A DNA stretch of 25,506 nucleotides from a virus (lineage: Duplodnaviria > Caudoviricetes), in IMG/VR virus record IMGVR_UViG_3300033067_000074, positions 1 to 25,506 of that record. The stretch is one strand, 5' to 3'. The notes beneath the pieces are model-generated. The model was not told the DNA's origin. It made no database searches and worked only from the letters and a program-made list of their open reading frames with translations. Shown here one piece after another: positions 1 through 6,872 of the stretch (the stretch's first letter is position 1; each line of letters begins with the position of its first letter). A program made the translations under genes and the position numbers.

Positions 1-2
1 TT

Positions 3-1373
3 GACAGGAGCAAGAAGACCAATGGAGCGAACCTCCCTAAGGGCTACATTGGGCCTGCTATTAGACGCATTTCTCCTCTGGACATTGTTTTCAATCCTCT
101 GGCTCGTGACTTCGCAAGTGCCCCTAAGATCATCCGATCTCTTGTGTCACTTGGCGAAGTGAAGCAGCTCCTAGAGCAAAGCTCCAAGACAGACGAAGAC
201 AAGATGGCCGCTGAGGCTCTCTTTACCTATCTCACCGAGGTTCGGTCCAAGGTACGTGAAGAGCACCCACGAGACGCTACTTGGTCTACCAAGGACGCAC
301 TCTACACAGTTGCAGGCTTCGACACATTCAAAGATTACCTGTGCTCAGACACAGTGGAAGTTCTCACATTCTACGGCGACATCTATGATGATGACGCCAA
401 CAAGTACATGCAGAATGTGATCATCAAGGTAGTAGATCGTCACAAGGTTATCGTCACTATGGACGATCCTTCTGTGTTCGGTAGCGCTCCAATCTTCCAC
501 GCTGGCTGGCGCATTCGCCCCGACAACCTCTGGGCCATGGGTCCCTTGGACAATCTGGTTGGTCTACAGTACCGCCTAGATCACCTTGAGAACCTAAAGG
601 CCGACGCTATCGACGTCTCGGTGTTCCCAGTATTCAAGATCAAGGGAACCGTAGAGGAGTTTGAATGGGGTCCCCTAGAGCGCATCTACGTTGGCGATGA
701 CTCCGACGTTGTACTCATGAGCCCACCAACACAGGCCATGGCAATCAACTCAGAGCTAGCCAACATCGAACGCCTCATGGAAGAAATGGCAGGCTCTCCT
801 CGTGAAGCCATGGGCTTCCGTACTCCTGGTGAGAAGACTGCATACGAAGTTCGCTCGATGGAAAACTCAGCGTCTCGTATCTTCCAGAGCAAGGTTGTTC
901 AGTTTGAAATGTCTTTACTTGAGCGTCTCTTTAATGCGATGCTCGAACTCTCTCGTCGAATGATGGATAAGACAACCATCCGCGCATTCGATCCTAACTT
1001 CAACGTGGCTGTCTTTACAGAGCTAACGTCCGAAGACCTAACGGGCAATGGCCGTATCAAGCCAGTCGCAGCACGGAACTTTGCTCACAAGAGCGAGACT
1101 GTGCAGAATCTAACGTCCTTCTTCAATAGCCCCGTCGGTGGCGATCCAGATGTGAAGCGACACTTCTCGTCTATTAAGATCGCTAAGATGATGGAAGAGT
1201 TGCTTGACCTTGAGCAGTACAAGTTGGTTATGGAGAACGTACGTCTAAGTGAGCAAGCTGATGCTCAGCAGCTTATGAACTCTCAGCAGGAACAGGTGGC
1301 CATGAATACCATGACGCCTTCTGGTTTCCTTCCTGGGGACGCTGATCCTAGCGCCATGGTACCACCACAATGA
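3..1373 (+). CDS. Portal (head-tail connector) protein, 5'-truncated
   Basis: The frame of ORF 144..1373 is open back to position 3 (DRSKK...GYIGPAIRRISPLDIVFNP...PKIIRS). It carries podophage portal-like segments GWRIRPDNLWAMGPLDNLVGLQYRLDHLENLKAD and MEEMAGSPREAMGFRTPGEKTAYEV, and lies upstream of scaffold and capsid. Confidence 0.88.
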   Translation, partial: DRSKKTNGANLPKGYIGPAIRRISPLDIVFNPLARDFASAPKIIRSLVSLGEVKQLLEQSSKTDEDKMAAEALFTYLTEVRSKVREEHPRDATWSTKDALYTVAGFDTFKDYLCSDTVEVLTFYGDIYDDDANKYMQNVIIKVVDRHKVIVTMDDPSVFGSAPIFHAGWRIRPDNLWAMGPLDNLVGLQYRLDHLENLKADAIDVSVFPVFKIKGTVEEFEWGPLERIYVGDDSDVVLMSPPTQAMAINSELANIERLMEEMAGSPREAMGFRTPGEKTAYEVRSMENSASRIFQSKVVQFEMSLLERLFNAMLELSRRMMDKTTIRAFDPNFNVAVFTELTSEDLTGNGRIKPVAARNFAHKSETVQNLTSFFNSPVGGDPDVKRHFSSIKIAKMMEELLDLEQYKLVMENVRLSEQADAQQLMNSQQEQVAMNTMTPSGFLPGDADPSAMVPPQ

Positions 1374-1663
1374 AGCCAAACCAAAGTTTGGAGAACCCAC
1401 GCAAAGGCTTGGACTTAGTTTGGTTCCAAGGAATAAAGGACGAAGACTCAAAGAACTCCTTCGCTCTTAAGATACGTTCGCTTTCAAACGATCCTGTAAT
1501 CAAGAAGCTGATCGGTATACTTAAAGCGAAGGAGCAGAGTCTCCACAATCCACCCGACTACGACGACGCATCGTGGTCTCATAAACAAGCTGACATTAAC
1601 GGGCAGGTACGTTCACTACGCTACGTAATCGAACTCCTAGACCCATCTGAAAAGGATAAGTAA
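1370..1663 (+). CDS. Small conserved phage protein between portal and scaffold
   Basis: ATGA overlap with the portal stop; 97 aa; DYDDASWSHKQADING motif; fills the gap in the operon. Confidence 0.75.
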   Translation: MKPNQSLENPRKGLDLVWFQGIKDEDSKNSFALKIRSLSNDPVIKKLIGILKAKEQSLHNPPDYDDASWSHKQADINGQVRSLRYVIELLDPSEKDK

Positions 1664-1668
1664 CTCGG

Positions 1669-2427
1669 ATGACCAATCCACTATTCGGTGACGACACAGT
1701 TGAGACCCCAACTGAGATCGATCCAAAGACTGCCATGGAAACTCTTGTCGGTGAAGGCAAGAAGTATAAGACCACAGAGGATGCCATCAAGGCCCTCTGG
1801 CACTCGCAGCAGCACATCGCTCGTCTAGAGCACGAACGTGCCCAGCAGCAGGCAGCCTTGAATGAACGTAAGAACGGAGAAGACCTTCTCGCTCTTATTG
1901 AGTCTAAACTAAAGGCCACAAGTAATGAGCCACCACCAGTGGTAAGTGAACGGGTACCTTCTAATAATGGAAATACACCTGCCATGAGCACCATTACCGC
2001 AGAAGACATCGAGCGTCTACTAGAACAGAAGCTAGCACAGAAGTCGCAGGCCACAACGGCTGAGACCAATCTGAACAAGGTAGTAGAAACTCTTAAGTCT
2101 AACTGGGGTCCTGGCTATCAGGCAGACCTACGCGCTAAGGCTAGTGAAATGGGCGTAACGCCTGACTATCTACTAGACCTCGCTAAGAACTCCCCATCGG
2201 TGTTCCTATCGGCCGTAGGTGGTAATTCAAAGAAGGGTTCGGTAACAAACTCGCTACCACCCGCATCTTCCTTCTCCTCCACAATTCCAGGTCAGCAGCC
2301 TCAGGCACGCAATTACGCGTTCTATGAAAAGCTACGGACCACCAATAAGGCTGAGTACTGGTCACCAAAGGTACAGAACCAGATGCTCAAGGATTTGTCG
2401 GCGATGGGAGATAAGTTCTACTCGTAA
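1669..2427 (+). CDS. Capsid assembly scaffolding protein
   Basis: AAGGA RBS upstream. LVGEGKKYKT motif followed by coiled-coil and low-complexity linker. Located directly before the major capsid gene. Confidence 0.8.
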   Translation: MTNPLFGDDTVETPTEIDPKTAMETLVGEGKKYKTTEDAIKALWHSQQHIARLEHERAQQQAALNERKNGEDLLALIESKLKATSNEPPPVVSERVPSNNGNTPAMSTITAEDIERLLEQKLAQKSQATTAETNLNKVVETLKSNWGPGYQADLRAKASEMGVTPDYLLDLAKNSPSVFLSAVGGNSKKGSVTNSLPPASSFSSTIPGQQPQARNYAFYEKLRTTNKAEYWSPKVQNQMLKDLSAMGDKFYS

Positions 2428-2470
2428 GCACACTATCGTGTGTTAACCCCACCACCAAGGAGCTTATTTA

Positions 2471-3421
2471 ATGGCTTTCGCAACACAGACCAACGAGCAC
2501 TTGATTCGTTCTAACCTCTGGACGAACCAGCTCAAGGACGTTCTCTACGCCGATCTAATGGGCTGGAAGTACGTCAAGACTCTCACTGATTTCCCCGATG
2601 GCGACACATTCAACATGCCATCGATCGGTCAGGCTGAAGTCTCGAACTACGTAGAAAACACCCCAGTTAAGTACACCGCGCTCGATACGGGTAACTTCAC
2701 GTTCTCGATCGACCAGTACATCCACTCGGGTACCTACATCACCGAGAAGATGAAGCAGGATTCGTTCTACATGAACGAACTCGTCTCGACCTTCGTTCCT
2801 AAGCAGGCTCGCGCCATCCAGGAACACATGGAGACGAAGATTCTTGCTGCGATTCCAGATGGTCAGACAGCTTCGTCGCTCAACACCATCAACGGCGCAC
2901 ATCACCGCTTCGTTGCTTCGGGCACCAACCAGATCATCACTCTCAACGACTTCGCTCGCGCTCTCTTCGCTCTTAAGAAGGCGAACGTGCCACAGCAGAA
3001 CCTCGTTGCTATCGTTGATCCATCGGTTGAAGCCACGATCAACCAGATCACCAACCTCACGAACGTCTCGAACAACCCACGTTGGGAAGGCATCATCGCT
3101 GACGGTATCGCTTCGGACATGAAGTTCGCTAAGAACATCTATGGCTTCGACGTGTACGTCTCGAACCACCTCAAGTCTGGTATGTCTGAGACGATCAACT
3201 CGGTTTCGGTCACCAACGGCGTTGCCAACCTCTTCTTCGCTGCTGTTCCTGATCTTCTCCCAGTCATCGGTGCTGTCCGTCAGCCACCAAAGGTTGACTC
3301 GGAGTACAACAAGGACTTCCAGCGCGAAGAGTATGTCACGACCTGCCGTTACGGCGTGAAGTTCTTCCGTCCCGAGAACGCTGTTACTGTCATCACCGAC
3401 AACAGCCGCGTCTACTCGTAA
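2471..3421 (+). CDS. Major capsid protein (HK97 fold)
   Basis: AAGGAG RBS; 316 aa; strongly C-ending codon bias typical of high expression; podophage capsid motifs DFPDGDTFNMPSIG, IYGFDVYVSN, EYVTTCRYG. Confidence 0.92.
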   Translation: MAFATQTNEHLIRSNLWTNQLKDVLYADLMGWKYVKTLTDFPDGDTFNMPSIGQAEVSNYVENTPVKYTALDTGNFTFSIDQYIHSGTYITEKMKQDSFYMNELVSTFVPKQARAIQEHMETKILAAIPDGQTASSLNTINGAHHRFVASGTNQIITLNDFARALFALKKANVPQQNLVAIVDPSVEATINQITNLTNVSNNPRWEGIIADGIASDMKFAKNIYGFDVYVSNHLKSGMSETINSVSVTNGVANLFFAAVPDLLPVIGAVRQPPKVDSEYNKDFQREEYVTTCRYGVKFFRPENAVTVITDNSRVYS

Positions 3422-3450
3422 TCGCTATAACCTAATAGGAGTAATTTACT

Positions 3451-3984
3451 ATGCCTTCAATTAACGCAGACGGCCTATTGGTTAAGTACGGCGCTGAGGG
3501 TGGTCAGACCTCCCGAGGCGGTGAGATCAACGTCGAAGGCGCTGATCACATCACTGAGATCGCTATCAAGGGTACGGAAATCCCAACCCTCGGTAACGTC
3601 GTTGCTGCTACTTCCAACAACACGACTCTTCCCCTTATGCACGGTGTCGAACTTCCTGTCGGCGCTCGCATTCAGAAGATCGAAATCCAGGTCGAAACGG
3701 CCTTCACTTCGGGTGGTTCTGCTACCCTAGACTTCGGTCTCGTTCGCGCTGACCGCACCACTGAGCTTGACTACAACGGCCTCATCGCCGCTCAGACAGT
3801 AGCCTCGCTTTCGGCTGGCGCGTTCATCACGATCACGACCGGCTCTGGTACGGCTGGCGCTCTCGTCGGCACCACGCTTGCCAACAAGGGTATCTTTACC
3901 GTGAACTACAACACTGCCGCCTTCACGGCTGGCCGCGCTGTAATCCGCGTGTACTGGAACTTCCCAAGCCCAAGCGTAGCCTAA
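3451..3984 (+). CDS. Capsid decoration / minor head structural protein
   Basis: AGGAG RBS; same codon bias as the capsid gene; Gly/Thr/Ala-rich beta-type sequence (LPVGARIQKIEIQVETAF); followed by a terminator. Confidence 0.7.
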   Translation: MPSINADGLLVKYGAEGGQTSRGGEINVEGADHITEIAIKGTEIPTLGNVVAATSNNTTLPLMHGVELPVGARIQKIEIQVETAFTSGGSATLDFGLVRADRTTELDYNGLIAAQTVASLSAGAFITITTGSGTAGALVGTTLANKGIFTVNYNTAAFTAGRAVIRVYWNFPSPSVA

Positions 3985-3990
3985 GCCTAA

Positions 3991-4050
3991 GAGGGGAGGG
4001 CTTCGGCTCAGGTCGCAAGTCCTGGGTCCTTGCTCTCCCCTTTCTTTCTT
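3991..4050 (+). terminator. Intrinsic terminator after the head genes, with an unusually large structured loop
   Basis: GAGGGGAGGGC (3991-4001) pairs with GCTCTCCCCTT (4032-4042), followed by the T-rich tract to 4050. Confidence 0.75.
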
Positions 4051-4082
4051 ACTAAGAGGTCGCAAGACCGATAGCCTTGCTC
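4010..4082 (+). repeat. Two copies of a 26-nt element AGGTCGCAAG-nCCnnnnn-CCTTGCTC (4010-4035 and 4057-4082)
   Basis: Direct comparison gives 20/26 identity with identical spacing; each copy can form a GCAA-tetraloop hairpin. Confidence 0.8.
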
Positions 4083-4093
4083 AGGAGACAATC

Positions 4094-4870
4094 ATGGCCA
4101 GCGGTGGCGGAAAGAAACTTAAGTACAAGAAAAGCCTCATCGGCCCTGACGCTCCAGACTACCTCAAGCGGGCGGCAGATGATGTCGGCCTTAATGAAGC
4201 TAACTCAGACGGCACCTCGAACAAAGAGGTAGAGAAGTACATCATTGCTGTAACAGGCAAGCGTGCTAATGCCACAGACGTGCCTTGGTGTGCTTACTGG
4301 GTAGGCGGCATCCTAAAGGAAACCAAGTACCCTCAGTCAGGCTCGGGCATGGCTCGGTCCTACCTGCACTACGGCACTAAGGTAGAAGACGGTGATTGGA
4401 AGCAAGGAGACATTGTTGTCTTCTGGCGAGGCCGTCGAGACGATGGCGTTATGGGCCACGTAGGCTTCCTTATTGGCTGGGACGAAGACTCCGTTATCAT
4501 TCTAGGCGGCAACCAAGGGGATGAAGTTTGCTTCCAAGAGTTCCCAATCCATAAGATACTAGCCGTACGTAGACCACGACTCCTATCTAAGTCTCGTACT
4601 ATCAAGGCAGCAGGTGGCGCTCTCGTAACTGAGACAGCCAAGCCATTGGTTGAAATGGCTCCAGACCCTACACCAGCCTCCGCTTTGCCTGCACCAGTCG
4701 AAGCTATTACTAAAGCACAAGATTCCCTGGGCGCTGTTCAACCAATCGTTGATACTATCGGTGCCTGGAAGCCCTATATTAAAGTCGTCCTAACTACATT
4801 AACTGTTGCATTTGCACTACTAGTAATGTACTATCGCCTACAGGACGCCAACGAAAAAGGACGCGCCTAA
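4094..4870 (+). CDS. Endolysin, TIGR02594-type NlpC/P60 (CHAP-like) peptidoglycan hydrolase with C-terminal membrane segment
   Basis: AGGAG RBS at 4083-4087. Motifs PWCAYWVG (catalytic Cys), ARSYL, GDIVVFWRG, GHVGF (His), LGGNQ. Hydrophobic C-terminal helix VVLTTLTVAFALLVMYY. Confidence 0.85.
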   Translation: MASGGGKKLKYKKSLIGPDAPDYLKRAADDVGLNEANSDGTSNKEVEKYIIAVTGKRANATDVPWCAYWVGGILKETKYPQSGSGMARSYLHYGTKVEDGDWKQGDIVVFWRGRRDDGVMGHVGFLIGWDEDSVIILGGNQGDEVCFQEFPIHKILAVRRPRLLSKSRTIKAAGGALVTETAKPLVEMAPDPTPASALPAPVEAITKAQDSLGAVQPIVDTIGAWKPYIKVVLTTLTVAFALLVMYYRLQDANEKGRA

Positions 4871-5190
4871 TGATCCAAATTCTAATTATCCTTGGAGCAC
4901 TTGGTGCAGTCTTCTTTGGAGGCATCAAGTCAGCCTCGATCTACTACACTGGAAAGATGGCACGGGAGAAAGTCATCGTTCAAGAAGATCAAGCCAAGAA
5001 GACCAAGGCGGCCACCGATTCATCGGTTGAGCTCAATGATTTCGGAAACGAGGAACAACGTAAGTCCGATGCTAAGGCGGACCAGTTAACAGAAGAGGTT
5101 GAACAGGAAGATGTCAAAGCCACTCCAGACACTCGCAGTCGCACTATCCTTGATGCTAACTGGTTGCGCAAGCTCGACGCCATTCGCTAG
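4870..5190 (+). CDS. Inner-membrane spanin (Rz-like)
   Basis: TAATG coupling to the endolysin. N-terminal TM (IQILIILGALGAVFFGG), then a charged coiled-coil. Overlapped at its 3' end by a lipoprotein gene. Confidence 0.75.
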   Translation: MIQILIILGALGAVFFGGIKSASIYYTGKMAREKVIVQEDQAKKTKAATDSSVELNDFGNEEQRKSDAKADQLTEEVEQEDVKATPDTRSRTILDANWLRKLDAIR

Positions 5191-5494
5191 CGCCCAGATC
5201 AATCTACCACCTCTACCAGCCTACGTAGCTGGACAGGGCAAGGTTACCAAGATTCCTAAGGGTCCACTCAACGAGGCTGGTACGAAGAAGCTTATCATCA
5301 AGCTCCGTCAATCAGAAGTTAACAACGCCCGTGCTGTCAGAATCGCCAAAGCAAATCACGAATACTTGCGCAGGCTGTACTATCAACAGCCTACGAGTGG
5401 GACTCTTGTTTGGCCAGGAGACCGTCCAGACTACCGACCAATCAATCGTAGACAATATCGCGGACTACTGGGAGGTCTTGGCCAAGATGACTAA
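5111..5494 (+). CDS. Outer-membrane spanin lipoprotein (Rz1-like)
   Basis: ATG at 5111 after AGGAAG. Signal peptide MSKPLQTLAVALSLMLTG-C with LTGC lipobox and Pro-rich LPPLP segment. Overlaps the i-spanin in another frame. Confidence 0.78.
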   Translation: MSKPLQTLAVALSLMLTGCASSTPFASAQINLPPLPAYVAGQGKVTKIPKGPLNEAGTKKLIIKLRQSEVNNARAVRIAKANHEYLRRLYYQQPTSGTLVWPGDRPDYRPINRRQYRGLLGGLGQDD

Positions 5495-5771
5495 TTCCCC
5501 AGAAGAATCTGCAATCGTCAGGCAACTGGCCATCGGACAAGCAAGGACTGAAACCAAGTTGGATGAAATTCTCAGACGCCTTGATAAACTAGAAGACCTC
5601 GAAACCAAGGTAGATAAGAGCATCAAAGATCACCGATCTGAAGTAGATGCTGAGATTGAACGCCATCGCTCTGAACTAGAACTAATCAAGAATCGTATCA
5701 ACATGATGAGCGGCGCTATCGCAGTTCTTGCCTTCCTTGCCCCAGTCCTACTCAAGAAGCTAGGATTCTAA
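5487..5771 (+). CDS. Coiled-coil protein with C-terminal TM (XhlA-like, putative holin)
   Basis: Start reassigned to ATG 5487 (GGAGG upstream); 94 aa; heptad-like region, then hydrophobic GAIAVLAFLAPVLL and basic end; adjacent to lysis genes. Confidence 0.55.
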   Translation: MTNSPEESAIVRQLAIGQARTETKLDEILRRLDKLEDLETKVDKSIKDHRSEVDAEIERHRSELELIKNRINMMSGAIAVLAFLAPVLLKKLGF

Positions 5772-5772
5772 A

Positions 5773-6534
5773 ATGAACCAGAACCTCTTAGAGATCGTTC
5801 AGATTATCCTTAGCGCTCTTGATAGCGACGAGGTAAACAGCATCGATGACACTGTTGAGAGTATGCAGGTTGCTACCCTTCTCAAGCAGTTGTTCTACGA
5901 TATGGCAACTGATCTTGATCTTCGTGAACACGAAGGCATGATGGAGATCAACGCCTCTCTCGATCCTCTCAAGCCCACCATTATGACCATCCCAAGTGAT
6001 GCGTCAGACATTCTGTGGGTCAAGTACGACTGCCGAGAGGACGGAGACACAACTCCTCTCTACAAGGAAATCAAGTTCCTGCCTTTCGATGAGTTCCTAC
6101 AGATCACTCAGGGCCAGCGTGGTAACTCCAACACTGGCGTTATGACGATCACTCAGGGCACCGAGACTTTCGATATCATCTATCGTAACGACAAGCACCC
6201 ACAGTTCTTCACTACGGTTGATGGCTCTACTCTTATCTTTGACTCTTATGACGTGTCTATCGATGACACCCTAGTCAAGAATAAGACGATGGCTTTCGGC
6301 AACAAGTACCCAGCCTTCACACTATCTAACACATTCGTTCCTGACCTAGACCCTACCCAGTTCTCGTACTTCATTAACAAGGCTAAGGTCCGAGCATTCC
6401 AGGAACTAAAGCAAATGCAGAACCCCGAGGCTATCTCGGAAACCCGCAAGCAGCGCATTGTCCATCAGGCTCGTCAGTATCGGACCAAAGGTCTAACGAG
6501 CTTCCAACGAGTTCCTAAGTACGGAAGGAAATAA
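5773..6534 (+). CDS. Tail tubular protein A / adaptor (T7 gp11-like)
   Basis: N-terminus LLEIVQIILSALDSDEVNSIDDTVESMQVA is typical of podophage adaptors; position before the nozzle gene. Confidence 0.8.
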   Translation: MNQNLLEIVQIILSALDSDEVNSIDDTVESMQVATLLKQLFYDMATDLDLREHEGMMEINASLDPLKPTIMTIPSDASDILWVKYDCREDGDTTPLYKEIKFLPFDEFLQITQGQRGNSNTGVMTITQGTETFDIIYRNDKHPQFFTTVDGSTLIFDSYDVSIDDTLVKNKTMAFGNKYPAFTLSNTFVPDLDPTQFSYFINKAKVRAFQELKQMQNPEAISETRKQRIVHQARQYRTKGLTSFQRVPKYGRK

Positions 6535-6539
6535 TCTAC

Positions 6540-6869
6540 ATGCTAAAGTACACCATCACATTCGTTGAACCATCAGACAAAGATTCGTTTGACGAAGAGG
6601 TACGAGACGACAAGCTCTACTACCGTGTGACAATCCCTGAGCGACAGATGACCCTAGAAGTTCGCTCTACTCCCGGCTCCAACATGTTCGGATTCCATGT
6701 TACAGGCAAGGGACACAAGCTTCCTAAGGACCTAGAAGGTATCTTCACATCACGTAAGTTCATCGAAGACGCTCTTGCTAAGTACTGCTCTAATCCAGCC
6801 AACCAAGTTAATGTTCAGAAGGCTGCTAAGCCCACCGAACCACAGGTAATCACTAACCAAAAGGCTTAA
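6540..6869 (+). CDS. Hypothetical phage protein
   Basis: AAGGA RBS; 109 aa; LPKDLEGIFTS motif; tightly packed in the operon. Confidence 0.65.
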   Translation: MLKYTITFVEPSDKDSFDEEVRDDKLYYRVTIPERQMTLEVRSTPGSNMFGFHVTGKGHKLPKDLEGIFTSRKFIEDALAKYCSNPANQVNVQKAAKPTEPQVITNQKA

Positions 6870-6872
6870 CGT

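Noticed and set aside
2425-2440. T7-type phage RNAP promoter (CACTAT core)
   Set aside because: Only a 6-nt resemblance, not repeated as a long consensus before other genes, and no RNAP gene in the window.
2555-3169. 204-aa antisense ORF and other shadow ORFs within capsid, scaffold, nozzle and polymerase genes
   Set aside because: Expected from strong codon bias; no RBS or recognisable motifs.
3400-3451. T7 gp10A/10B-style frameshift fusing the capsid to the downstream protein
   Set aside because: The downstream frame has a TAA at 3433-3435, no slippery sequence is evident, and the gene has its own RBS.
5331-5486. Longer 146-aa version of the holin-like ORF
   Set aside because: It overlaps the o-spanin and has no RBS; ATG 5487 has GGAGG upstream.
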